NCBI GenBank assembly: GCA_002742935.1
Contig: PDON01000060.1
Span: 70,178-134,177 of the forward strand
Reading direction: 5' to 3'
DNA length: 64,000 bases
DNA from: Candidatus Cloacimonadota bacterium
GTDB taxonomy: Bacteria > UBA4055
Positions 19,260 through 29,168 of the stretch are shown in pieces. The position numbers and the translations under genes are program-made. The notes below the pieces were generated by a model. It was given only the letters and a program-made list of their open reading frames with translations. It did not search any database and was not told where the DNA came from. Position 1 is the stretch's first letter, and each line of letters begins with the position of its first letter.

Positions 19260-20552
19260 TTAATCCATTATTAAAGCTACAGGAGATCCAAGATATTCCA
19301 TTATCTGATTTAGAAATCTTGTTACATCTCCACCATCAACAATTCTATGATCTACAGAAAGTGATAGCGGTAGTACAGAACCAACCTTCATCTCATCATC
19401 CTTAACAACAGGTTTCTTCAGTAGTTTTCCCACTCCCAGAATACCGGCTTGAGGATAGTTAATTACCGGAACAGCATGGATTCCACCAATGGCACCATAG
19501 TTTGTTATAGTGAAAGTTCCATCTGCCATATCCTCCATAGTAAGCTTCTTATCTCTAGATTTTTCAGCAAGTTCCATAACTTTTTGAGCAAGTTCAAAGA
19601 TAGAAAGTTTATCAACATCCTTTATAACCGGAACTACAAGCCCGTGCTCAGTATCTACTGCTATACCTATGTTGTAGTAGTTTTTATACATCATCTGACC
19701 CTTTTCAAGATCCATACTGCTATTTAAAGATCTAAACTTTTTTAGAGAAAGAGCGGTAGCTTTTAAGATAAAAGGCATATATGAAAGCTTTACACCTTTC
19801 TCTTTAAACTTCTCTTTAAACTGAGTTCTTACAGCTATAAGATCACTTATCTCAACCTCATCAAATACTGTCATATGAGCAGCTTTATGCTTTGATTCCA
19901 CCATATTTTTAGCAATGGCTTTTCTGATTTGAGTAAGTGGCTCAATATCAACTAGATTACCGGTAGGTTGCGAAGCAGTAGAAGTTTGAACACTTATTTG
20001 AGGAGATGAAGATCCATTTTTAGAAAACTCTAAAATATCCTTCTTTGTTACCCTTCCCATTGGTCCTGAGCCTTTAACCTCATTTATATCTATATGAAGA
20101 TCTTTTGCATAAGCCCTCGCAACAGGAGTTGCCAAACTTTTTCTTCTAACATCTTTTTTCTTATCAACTTCACCTTCCGGTGCCCCTTCATCACTTGCAG
20201 GAAGATATGCTCCACTACCGGCAACCTCTAGAGTTCCAACAACGCCTGCAGCTTCACCCTCATCAATAGGTTCTGTTGTAGTTCCTGATTCTTCAGAAGC
20301 TTCAGACTCTTCACCCTCTACCTCAATCTCAACAAGAGCATCACCAACATTAATGGTTTCACCCTCTTTACCAAAAACTTTTGCAATAACACCATTTTTA
20401 GGTGACGGTATATCTGTAGCTACCTTATCGGTCTCCATATTACAAAGAGGATCACCTACTTCAACTTTTTGACCTTTTTTGACAAACCATTGATTGATTG
20501 TACCTTCATCTAAACCTTCACCAATATCTGGAAATTTAAATATATATCTCAT
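19260..20552 (-). CDS. dihydrolipoamide acyltransferase (E2) of a 2-oxoacid dehydrogenase complex
   Basis: Lipoyl domain METDKV, Ala/Pro/Glu-rich linker, E3-binding domain, catalytic DHRIVDG motif. Confidence 0.9.
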   Translation of the reverse strand: MRYIFKFPDIGEGLDEGTINQWFVKKGQKVEVGDPLCNMETDKVATDIPSPKNGVIAKVFGKEGETINVGDALVEIEVEGEESEASEESGTTTEPIDEGEAAGVVGTLEVAGSGAYLPASDEGAPEGEVDKKKDVRRKSLATPVARAYAKDLHIDINEVKGSGPMGRVTKKDILEFSKNGSSSPQISVQTSTASQPTGNLVDIEPLTQIRKAIAKNMVESKHKAAHMTVFDEVEISDLIAVRTQFKEKFKEKGVKLSYMPFILKATALSLKKFRSLNSSMDLEKGQMMYKNYYNIGIAVDTEHGLVVPVIKDVDKLSIFELAQKVMELAEKSRDKKLTMEDMADGTFTITNYGAIGGIHAVPVINYPQAGILGVGKLLKKPVVKDDEMKVGSVLPLSLSVDHRIVDGGDVTRFLNQIMEYLGSPVALIMD

Positions 20553-21529
20553 TAGAACCTCACCGTTTTTTCAATTTCATAAAAGATCTTATCAGGAGTT
20601 TGCATATAGAAGTGTTCACCCTGTGGAAGAGGTGTAATCACATCAAATGCTGAAACCCTCTTAGGTGGAGCTTCTAGGTAAAGGAAAGCTTCCTCGTTCA
20701 CTATAGAGATAAGCTCAGCTCCGGTACCATATGTGGTATTATCCTCTGTAACAACAACAACTCTACCAGTCTTTTTAACAGATTCAACAATTGTCTCTTT
20801 ATCAATTGGGTAGATTGATCTAAGATCTATAAGTTCGGCAGAGATACCCGCTTCTTTAGCCATAACTAAGGCTTTCTGCACCTCTCTAATCATAGCTCCA
20901 AAAGCTATTACGGTAACATCATCACCTTTGGTTAATACTTTTGCCTTACCTAGAGGGATATTGTACTTCTCTTCCGGAACCTCTTGCTTGATTGCTCTAT
21001 ATATACGCTTTGGTTCAAAAAACATAACAGGATCGTCAGATTCTATTGCTGAAATAAGCATCCCTTTTGCATCGTATGGAGTAGAAGGTACAATAACCTT
21101 TAATCCCGGAATGTGACCAAATATTGCTTCCATACTTTCACTATGATGCTCAAGAGCATTAATACCACCGCCGTAAGGCATACGGATAACCATACCCATT
21201 TTAAATTGACCTCTAGATCTATTGTGCATTCTTGCAACATGACAAATAATTTGGTTAAATGCAGGATAAACAAATCCTGAAAACTGCATCTCAATAACAG
21301 GTTTAAGACCGGCAGCAGCCATACCAACAGCTGTACCAACAATACCGGACTCTGCTAAAGGAGAATCCCAAACTCTCTTTACTCCATACTTTTTTTGAAG
21401 GCCTTCGGTTACACGAAAAACACCACCCTCAACACCAACATCTTCACCAAATACCACAATATCTTTATCTTCAGCCATCTTGACATCAATCGCATCAGTG
21501 ATAGCATTTACCATATTCATAACTTTCAT
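20552..21529 (-). CDS. 2-oxoacid dehydrogenase E1 component beta subunit (transketolase-like)
   Basis: 325 aa, family-typical length and motifs; start overlaps the E2 stop by 1 nt. Confidence 0.85.
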   Translation of the reverse strand: MKVMNMVNAITDAIDVKMAEDKDIVVFGEDVGVEGGVFRVTEGLQKKYGVKRVWDSPLAESGIVGTAVGMAAAGLKPVIEMQFSGFVYPAFNQIICHVARMHNRSRGQFKMGMVIRMPYGGGINALEHHSESMEAIFGHIPGLKVIVPSTPYDAKGMLISAIESDDPVMFFEPKRIYRAIKQEVPEEKYNIPLGKAKVLTKGDDVTVIAFGAMIREVQKALVMAKEAGISAELIDLRSIYPIDKETIVESVKKTGRVVVVTEDNTTYGTGAELISIVNEEAFLYLEAPPKRVSAFDVITPLPQGEHFYMQTPDKIFYEIEKTVRF

Positions 21530-21579
21530 ATATTAATCCACTTTCAATTAAACTTAAAATTTACGGTTTCGAGATAAAT

Positions 21580-22695
21580 CTATTTTTTACCTCTGGATTC
21601 TCTCCATTTGAGAAATTTTTCATACTCAGCTTTCTGATCTAAGATATTTTGAGGAATATCTGTGAAGATGTATTTGAAAACATCGTCAAAATTGCATCCC
21701 TTATCCTTTTCAGCTTCACGAAAGATTCTATCAACCTCTTTCTTGTACTGAGCATTAATCTCCTCCTCTTTCTCATCTGACCATAAACCTTTATCAATCA
21801 AATAAGCTTTCAGCCTTTTTACAGGATCCTTCTCTTCCCACTCGCTCTCCTCCTCTTTTGTCCTGTACTTTGTAGGATCATCGGATGTAGTGTGAGGACC
21901 TTTCCTATAAGTCAAAGCTTCAATCAAAATAGGACCTTCACCCTTTAGAGAAGCCTCTTTAGCTTCATCTATAGCTTTATACATTGCAAAAAAATCGTTA
22001 CCATCAACTTTGATACCTTTTATTCCATAAGCCTCTGACTTCACAGCTATATTTTTTGAAGCTGTTTGAACACTGAATGGAACAGATATAGCATATTGAT
22101 TATTCTGAACAATGAAGATAACAGGAGCTTTCCATACTCCGGCAAAATTTAGAGCTTCATGAAAATCTCCCTCGGAAGTTCCACCATCCCCAACAAAAGC
22201 GTAGACTAAATTTTTCTCATCCTTATACTGCATAGCATAGCCTAAGCCCGCTGCATGAACAAGTTGAGACGCAATAGGGACAGATATAGGAAGAACCCTA
22301 TTTGCACCCTTAAACCTCGAACCCTCTTCATTACCCATATAGTATAGGAAGATCTCTTTTAAAGAAACACCTTTGGAAAGATAAACACCGAGCTCTCTAA
22401 AAGCAGGTACTAACCAATCTTCATTAGTAATATGAGCGGAAGTTGCAGAGTGGATACCTTCTTGACCATAATTTGGCGGATAGGTGTAGATTCTACCTTG
22501 CCTTTGGTAAGAAACTATCATAAGGTCAGCCATTCTCTCAAATAACATATCTTTGTAGGCTTTTAATACAACCTCATCATCAACCTTTGGGAAAAACTCC
22601 TCATTTATAACCTTACCATCGTTATCCATAACTTGGAAAAGGGCATCTTCAATTGGTTTGTATTTTTCAAATACACTATTCATTAATAACCTCAT
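21580..22695 (-). CDS. 2-oxoacid dehydrogenase E1 component alpha subunit (TPP-dependent)
   Basis: GDG(x)25-30N TPP-binding motif (VGDGGTSEGDFHEALNFAGVWKAPVIFIVQNNQYAIS). Confidence 0.85.
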   Translation of the reverse strand: MRLLMNSVFEKYKPIEDALFQVMDNDGKVINEEFFPKVDDEVVLKAYKDMLFERMADLMIVSYQRQGRIYTYPPNYGQEGIHSATSAHITNEDWLVPAFRELGVYLSKGVSLKEIFLYYMGNEEGSRFKGANRVLPISVPIASQLVHAAGLGYAMQYKDEKNLVYAFVGDGGTSEGDFHEALNFAGVWKAPVIFIVQNNQYAISVPFSVQTASKNIAVKSEAYGIKGIKVDGNDFFAMYKAIDEAKEASLKGEGPILIEALTYRKGPHTTSDDPTKYRTKEEESEWEEKDPVKRLKAYLIDKGLWSDEKEEEINAQYKKEVDRIFREAEKDKGCNFDDVFKYIFTDIPQNILDQKAEYEKFLKWRESRGKK

Positions 22696-23089
22696 CTATT
22701 TAATATCTATAAATTAATTTTGACTAAAATTCTTATTAAAGCCCACTTATTATAAATTTGGCAGAAAGATTTAATCTCCAATATATTAAGAATTAATTAA
22801 AATTTCCAATATGATTCTAATCATTATATAGCAGTATTAAGACTTAGTATCAATTTGTTGAAATAGAAACTCTTTTGTAGCATACCTAAAGAATAGTAAC
22901 CACGATTCAAATTAAAAATATTTTCTTAACTAAAAACTACTTAAAAAGAGAGAAATTAAATTCTTTTTTTTGAGATCTCTTCTATTACATAAACTGTATA
23001 GTTTTTATATCACAATATGTAAAAACATTGTATTTTAAAGACACATGCTAATTTATTAAATCAAAAAAAGCTTGCCTTTTCCACAGGTT

Positions 23090-24436
23090 CTACTCTCCCC
23101 TCCTCTTAATCAACTCCAAAGCAAAATCAAGAGCCTTTTTTGAAGGTACTTCATAATCAGGAATTGTTCCGTGAGTATCTTCATCTGTTGTACCATATTG
23201 ATAGAACTTTTTGAATGAAACATAATACCAAAGATCTGTATTTGGAAGTTTTTCACTAATTATATCCCCAAAACAAACGGCTAAACCACCTGTCTCTTCA
23301 CCTATAATTGTTCCCATTTTAAAATATTTAAATGCCCAAGTAAAACCAGCAGCTGAAGAAAATGTATAATGACTTTGGAGGAGATAAATATTTCCATTAA
23401 ATCTCAATGGATTCTCTCTTAACTCTATAAGATTCTTTGAGGAGTAAGTTTTAGTACCCTTATTTCTAACTTTAACTATTGTTTTACTAAATTGTCTAAA
23501 TGGAACTTTTGAAATATATTGAAAAAACTCATCTCCAAGTTGTGAGTTCCCTCCCCCATTATTTCTAACATCAATAATTAAATTTTTTATGTTTAGTTTT
23601 TTTATTTCAGTAAAAGTTGAGTCTAAAAAAAGTTTAAATTTATTTAAGTTATTAAATCGCCTAAAATCAATAGTTGCAATACTATTAAGTGTGTCTATTT
23701 CCAAAGTATAAAAAACTTTATTGTTTACTCTTTTAAGGTTCTTAGTTTTCTCAAACCTTTTTTTAAAAGATATACCTTTTAACGTTTTTTCATATATACT
23801 ATCTTCGTAAATATATTTTATTTTAAACTCTCTATCTCTAAATAAAGAATAAAGCAGATATGTAAATCTATAGCTTAAAACTTCAAATTTAAAAAAAGTT
23901 CTTTCTCCTTGTGCTTGAAGTAACATTTTATTAACAATCTTTTTACTCTCAACATCGTTAATACTAACTATCTTGGAGTTTAAAGGGATATTTTCTTTTG
24001 TATAATTTTTAGTAATAACTATTGAAGAATCTCTATTTTTTATCTCTATTTCAAATGGAAACATTAGTATACTGTTTTTATCAAAATTACTTATCTTTTT
24101 TAAATGACCAAAGGGAACTCCCATGCTTGTATGACCATCTTTAAGCTTTACAACTAAAGGATTTACTAATAGGTAAAAATCCAAAATATCAGTTGTATCA
24201 CTAATGGATTTTTTAATTTTTAAAATCTCCTCTTTTAGATCCTCTTCACTAATATTAGCAAAAATATTAGGATGGATCTCCTCTATACTCTTAAAGAGAA
24301 TATCAACATCCTCTTTTAGTTTATCTGCATGATCCATTGTAGCTTTATTCACAATATTCTTATTACTACAATTAAGAATAAACAGCATTCCTACAATACT
24401 AATAAAAACAAGAATAGAACTTTTTATCTTTAACAT
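23090..24436 (-). CDS. S41-family peptidase (C-terminal processing protease-like) lipoprotein
   Basis: Lipobox ILNCS; NGGGN and SSAAGFTW...GEETGG motifs of the S41 family. Confidence 0.65.
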   Translation of the reverse strand: MLKIKSSILVFISIVGMLFILNCSNKNIVNKATMDHADKLKEDVDILFKSIEEIHPNIFANISEEDLKEEILKIKKSISDTTDILDFYLLVNPLVVKLKDGHTSMGVPFGHLKKISNFDKNSILMFPFEIEIKNRDSSIVITKNYTKENIPLNSKIVSINDVESKKIVNKMLLQAQGERTFFKFEVLSYRFTYLLYSLFRDREFKIKYIYEDSIYEKTLKGISFKKRFEKTKNLKRVNNKVFYTLEIDTLNSIATIDFRRFNNLNKFKLFLDSTFTEIKKLNIKNLIIDVRNNGGGNSQLGDEFFQYISKVPFRQFSKTIVKVRNKGTKTYSSKNLIELRENPLRFNGNIYLLQSHYTFSSAAGFTWAFKYFKMGTIIGEETGGLAVCFGDIISEKLPNTDLWYYVSFKKFYQYGTTDEDTHGTIPDYEVPSKKALDFALELIKRRGE

Positions 24437-24647
24437 AAATCACCTTCTTTATAACTAACTATTGGAACTCTATTATATAGTACTAAAATATGGAGCTTTA
24501 ATCAATTATTAAATTTAATAGATAAGAGTATCCCTACGGTAGAGACGAAAGATAGGGTACAGAGTTTAAAAAACTTACTCCTCAGGAGTTTCAAAAGATG
24601 ATTTAGATGATAAGATCGATAAACTATTTTTATCATTAGGTTATGAA

Positions 24648-24851
24648 ATGAAAGAAGGGCAACTTGGAAATGGATCTTATGTAAAAGGGAATAGAACCTT
24701 AAGGATAATATTGGGATCATTTGCAAAGTATTTCAAATTTAATATTATTACTACCTTAAATTCAGATGAGGTTAGACTGGAAGTTAAAAAAGCCACTTCT
24801 GGAATGATCGGTGGTATTATTGGAGTTGGTCAAGTAAAAAAAAGAGTTTAA
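24648..24851 (+). CDS. small hypothetical protein with Gly-zipper-like C-terminus (GMIGGIIGVG); doubtful
   Basis: 67-aa ORF only; no RBS or homology evidence. Confidence 0.15.
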   Translation: MKEGQLGNGSYVKGNRTLRIILGSFAKYFKFNIITTLNSDEVRLEVKKATSGMIGGIIGVGQVKKRV

Positions 24852-24956
24852 ACAATTAGCACAACTACTCGAGACAATATAAATGACCAATACTATTTTG
24901 TATAAATAGGATTAGAAGGATAGACTCTCTGCCTATCCTTGAGATTGCCCTAAAAA

Positions 24957-25083
24957 CTCAGACTTTCGAGAAGCGAGTAGTACAAGGAATTGATTTTTTT
25001 ATGGGATTGAGCTTAGAGTTACTAGGCGATTTGAGCAGAGTAAACCGATGACGCAGTAATGCGAAGTTTATCGGAAGTCTGAG
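24957..25083 (+). mobile_element. MITE-like repeat copy 1 (127 bp) with 16-bp terminal inverted repeats CTCAGACTTTCGAGAA / TTATCGGAAGTCTGAG
   Basis: Four near-identical same-orientation copies in the window; ends are inverted repeats (14 of 16 matched); internal CCTAG-TAAAC-CTAGG hairpin. Confidence 0.7.
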
Positions 25084-25123
25084 GGTAGATTTGTATCTAC
25101 CCTGAGATTGCCCTTATATTCTA

Positions 25124-25567
25124 TTATACCCTATTATTAACAGCATCCTCAAAAGAACGCCATATAAGGGTTGCACATTTAACCCTCATAGGATACTCTT
25201 TAACACCTTCAAAAATCTTTAGTTTTCCAAGCTCATTTCTACATAGATCTTTATCATACTCATCATCCTCAGCAGTAAGAAGATTTATAAAATTATCCTT
25301 AAACTTACTCGCCTCAGCTATAGTTTTGTTCTTTATAGTAGTAGTCAAAAGAGATGCACTGGATTTAGAGATTGCACAACCAACACCCGTAAAACCTACC
25401 TCTAAAATCTTGTCATCTTCAATCTTTAGATATATCTCATAATCATCCCCACATAGAGGATTTTTCCCTCTTGAATAGTGGGTAAACTTATCAAGTTTAC
25501 CAAAATTCTTTGGAGATTTATTATGTTCTAGAATCATATCTTGATATAGCCTATTATCCATACCCAT
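25124..25567 (-). CDS. sufU: SUF-system Fe-S cluster assembly scaffold, SufU/NifU-like
   Basis: Conserved Cys positions (PLCGDD, GVGCAIS, KCATL) of the SufU/IscU family; last gene of the suf cluster. Confidence 0.8.
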   Translation of the reverse strand: MGMDNRLYQDMILEHNKSPKNFGKLDKFTHYSRGKNPLCGDDYEIYLKIEDDKILEVGFTGVGCAISKSSASLLTTTIKNKTIAEASKFKDNFINLLTAEDDEYDKDLCRNELGKLKIFEGVKEYPMRVKCATLIWRSFEDAVNNRV

Positions 25568-25731
25568 ATTTTTATCCTTTATAGTTTATATTAGTCATAC
25601 AACTTGAGTTAAATATAAAACAAATTTTGAGTTCACACATCATCTTACAATTAATGAGTAAGCAATGAAAAGTTTGATTCAATGTAAATGGTTTTAATCA
25701 CAAATATTTCTATTACCTAAAAAACCTACCA

Positions 25732-25859
25732 ATCAGAGCTTTGAGAAACGAGCAGTACAAGGAATTGATTTTTTATGCGATCCATAGCCTAGTAAACCTA
25801 GGTGATTTGAGTATAAAAAAATGAGGACGCAGAAATACGAAGTTTATCGAAAGTCTGAT
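25732..25859 (+). mobile_element. MITE-like repeat copy 2, inserted between sufS and sufU; its last base overlaps the sufS stop codon
   Basis: Same 127-bp family; right TIR TTATCGAAAGTCTGA runs directly into TTA (the TAA stop of sufS on the minus strand). Confidence 0.7.
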
Positions 25860-27088
25860 TACATCATTATCTCTTTTACTTTGTGCAAACCACAAACAAA
25901 TCTATCAATATCATAGTAAGTATTGGCAAAAGATATGGAAATCCTTGCTGTTGCAGGAACCTCCAAAACCTCCATAAGAGGTTGTGCACAATGATGACCT
26001 ACCCTTATACAAACCCTCTCTTGATCCATAATAGTCCCTATATCGTGAGGATGAACACCATCTATAGTAAATGAGACTAAGGATGCTCTCTTTTCAGGAT
26101 CTCCTACAATCTTTACAAACCCCAGTTCTCTAATTTTTTCTAAAGTATATTCAAGAAGATCATCCTCTATTTTCCCAATAATATCAAAACCGATATCCTT
26201 TATAAATTGAAGAGCTTCTCCAAGCCCAATTATTTCAGCAATAGGTGGAGTTCCGGCTTCAAACTTCTCTGGAATAGGAGCAAATGTAGAATCTCTAAAG
26301 CTAACAAACTCAATCATTGATCCACCTGTTTGATATGGTGGCATAGCCTCCAAAAACTCCTTTTTTCCATAGAGTACCCCAATACCTGTTGGCCCATACA
26401 TCTTATGTCCTGAGAAGAGCATAAAATCTATATTCATCTTCTGAACATCAATAGGGATATGGGATATTGATTGAGCTGCATCTAAAACCATTATTGCATT
26501 GTGTTTTTTAGCAATAGCTGAAATTTTTTCAATAGGGTTTACACAACCAATAACATTTGATATATGTATCACAGAAACAAGAGCAGTTCGCTCATCTATA
26601 AGTGTAGCATATTTATGAAGATCAAGCTCCCCATTTTTAGTTATAGGGATAACTCTTATCTCTATATTTTTCTCTTTAGAAATTGTTTGCCAAGGGAGAA
26701 TATTCGCATGATGCTCCATCTGTGTAAGAACAATATTATCGCCCTCTTTAATAAAAGATCTCGAAAGTGAGTAAGCTAAAAGGTTAAAACCCTCTGTTGT
26801 TCCTTTTGTAAAGATTATCTGCTCTTTACTCTCAGCATTAATAAAATCTTTAAACCTTCTTCTAATCCTGTTTACATTTTCTGTAGCTCTATATGACAGG
26901 TCATAAACCCCTCTGTGAACTGTAGCGTTCTCACTTCTATAAAACCTTGAAATTCTATCTATAACTCTATCGGGTTTTGGCGATGTTGCAGCATTATCAA
27001 GATAGATGATAGGATCATTCTCCTTTAATCCATTTAGCAAAGAGAACTCTCTTCTAATTATATCGTGATTCATAACTACTCCTACCAA
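25859..27088 (-). CDS. sufS: cysteine desulfurase SufS (class V aminotransferase fold)
   Basis: PLP Lys motif SGHKMYGPTGIGVLYG; catalytic Cys region RVGHHCAQP; 409 aa. Confidence 0.9.
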   Translation of the reverse strand: MVGVVMNHDIIRREFSLLNGLKENDPIIYLDNAATSPKPDRVIDRISRFYRSENATVHRGVYDLSYRATENVNRIRRRFKDFINAESKEQIIFTKGTTEGFNLLAYSLSRSFIKEGDNIVLTQMEHHANILPWQTISKEKNIEIRVIPITKNGELDLHKYATLIDERTALVSVIHISNVIGCVNPIEKISAIAKKHNAIMVLDAAQSISHIPIDVQKMNIDFMLFSGHKMYGPTGIGVLYGKKEFLEAMPPYQTGGSMIEFVSFRDSTFAPIPEKFEAGTPPIAEIIGLGEALQFIKDIGFDIIGKIEDDLLEYTLEKIRELGFVKIVGDPEKRASLVSFTIDGVHPHDIGTIMDQERVCIRVGHHCAQPLMEVLEVPATARISISFANTYYDIDRFVCGLHKVKEIMM

Positions 27089-28239
27089 TTGCTTATTTTA
27101 TTTTCAATATAGTTTGTATATTTCTCTTTAACAGAGTTTATAGGAATCTTATCTAAAACCTCTCCAGCAAATCCATTTATAAGAATAGATCTTGCAAGAT
27201 TTTCATTAAATCCTCTACTTTTTAGATAGTGGATTTTTTCAATATCCAACTCCCCATTATTTGATCCGTGATTACAAACTACATCATCATTATAGATTTT
27301 AAGTTGAGGTCTTGCATAAGCTTTAGCATCATCTGAAAGGATAAGATTTCCATTCATCTGATCTGATTCTGTTCCTGAACTACCTTTAAACACATGAACT
27401 AAACCATCAAAACTTGTTTTAGATCTTCCCAAAAGGATATTTTTGAAAAGTTGTTTTCCTGTACAATTTTTACTCTTATGCTCAATTCTAACAAGATTGT
27501 GGGATTCCATACCATCTTCACAGAAAGAGAGACCATAGAGGGAGTATGAACTATCCTCATCATTAAATCTTATAGTTACATCATTTCTGCTGTATTTTGA
27601 CACTGAATTTAGTAAAAATCCATTAAACTCACTTCTGTTACCAAGTTCTACAACAGAGTTGATCAACCTTATAGACCCCTTATCACTTGCTCCATCAAAT
27701 ATAAGATTGCACTTTCCTCCATCCTCAATATCGATAAGTAGACTCAAATTTAAAAACTCTCTACTTAAATTGTTATGGAGAAGAATAGTAAGATCTGATC
27801 CTTTTTTAATCTTGAAAACAACTAGAGAGTCCATCTCCATATCCATAAAAAACTCTAAGGTTTCACTCTTTTTATAGATATCGAAGATATATAAGTTTTC
27901 AGAACTTGTTATGTTGTAACTATTAAAAGGGTTGTTTGTATTGCTATGGATCTTAGAGTGTATAGATTCTAAATCCTCACTACTAACTTGACCACCTTTT
28001 TTACACTCTAAACCAAAATCTCTAAAGTTTCCATTTTTAAAACTTATATGCTTTTTATCTACATCTTGATCTTTATCTATATTTATAACTATTGGGCTAA
28101 ACTTACTAATATCAGAGTATCTCCACTCCTCAGATCTCCTAGTTGGAAACTTATCCTTAAAACTACCGCTGATATCTCTAGCAGTTTTACTCCTATCCAA
28201 AAGTTTTGGATCACTATATTTATCTATTAAATTTAACAT
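27082..28239 (-). CDS. sufD: Fe-S cluster assembly protein SufD
   Basis: 385 aa, beta-helix-type repeat region, position between sufC and sufS; overlaps sufS start by 7 nt. Confidence 0.7.
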   Translation of the reverse strand: MLNLIDKYSDPKLLDRSKTARDISGSFKDKFPTRRSEEWRYSDISKFSPIVINIDKDQDVDKKHISFKNGNFRDFGLECKKGGQVSSEDLESIHSKIHSNTNNPFNSYNITSSENLYIFDIYKKSETLEFFMDMEMDSLVVFKIKKGSDLTILLHNNLSREFLNLSLLIDIEDGGKCNLIFDGASDKGSIRLINSVVELGNRSEFNGFLLNSVSKYSRNDVTIRFNDEDSSYSLYGLSFCEDGMESHNLVRIEHKSKNCTGKQLFKNILLGRSKTSFDGLVHVFKGSSGTESDQMNGNLILSDDAKAYARPQLKIYNDDVVCNHGSNNGELDIEKIHYLKSRGFNENLARSILINGFAGEVLDKIPINSVKEKYTNYIENKISNW

Positions 28240-28418
28240 TATTACCTCTTTTAAAAAGACTACCTATCAACTTTGTACTTCTAGATTTAATTAAATTTTT
28301 TGTTGCTAATCTTCCAATTATAAGATCTGCTATTAAAATCTAACTCGCCTTGAACTACTCGTTTTTTTTAAGTCCTAACTTTTCAACAATACCTTTTAAA
28401 TAACTAATCAATAATTTT

Positions 28419-29156
28419 CTACTTTATACTATCGTAACCACTCTCCTCCAACTCAAGAGCGAGGAATTTATCGCCAGATTTAATTATTTTACCACCACTC
28501 AAAACATGAATATGATCTGGGACAATAAAATTTAGTAGTCTTTGGTAATGGGTAATAAGAAGAAAGCTATTTTCACTATTTTTCAATCTATTAACAGCAG
28601 ATGCTACTATCTTTAAGGCATCTATATCCAATCCAGAATCAACCTCATCAAGAATAGATAACTTTGGTTCTAATACAGCCATTTGAAGCATCTCATTTCT
28701 CTTTTTTTCCCCACCGGAAAACCCATGATTTACTGCCCTTTCCAAATACTCCTTATCCATACTAACAATAGATAGCTTCTCCTCTAAATACTCATCAAAA
28801 TCATAAGGATCTAAAAGCTCTTTACCCAAGTATTTCATCTTTGCGTTATATGCCATACGAAGAAATGATCCGTTATTAACCCCTGGTATCTCGACAGGGT
28901 ATTGGAATGAAAGAAAGATGCCTTCATTTGCTCTAGTATCTACATCCATATCTATAATTGATTTTCCCTCATATAGAATATCTCCACTTGTAACCTCAAC
29001 AGAAGGATCTCCAGTAATAACTTTTGATAGTGTCGATTTACCAGAACCATTAGGACCCATTATAGCATGAGTTTCCCCCTTATTTATGGTTAAGTTGATA
29101 CCTTTTAAAATCTCTTTTCCACCTATAGTTGCATATAAATTTTTTATCTCTAACAT
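28419..29156 (-). CDS. sufC: Fe-S cluster assembly ATPase SufC
   Basis: Walker [10 protein letters not shown], signature FSGGEKKR, Walker [12 protein letters not shown]-loop ITHY. Confidence 0.9.
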   Translation of the reverse strand: MLEIKNLYATIGGKEILKGINLTINKGETHAIMGPNGSGKSTLSKVITGDPSVEVTSGDILYEGKSIIDMDVDTRANEGIFLSFQYPVEIPGVNNGSFLRMAYNAKMKYLGKELLDPYDFDEYLEEKLSIVSMDKEYLERAVNHGFSGGEKKRNEMLQMAVLEPKLSILDEVDSGLDIDALKIVASAVNRLKNSENSFLLITHYQRLLNFIVPDHIHVLSGGKIIKSGDKFLALELEESGYDSIK

Positions 29157-29168
29157 TTTTTCTATCTC

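Noticed and set aside
24998-25050. Short ATG-initiated ORFs inside the MITE copies (e.g. MGLSLELLGDLSRVNR)
   Set aside because: Length and sequence differ in every copy (1-16 codons); not a conserved peptide, so the element is treated as non-coding
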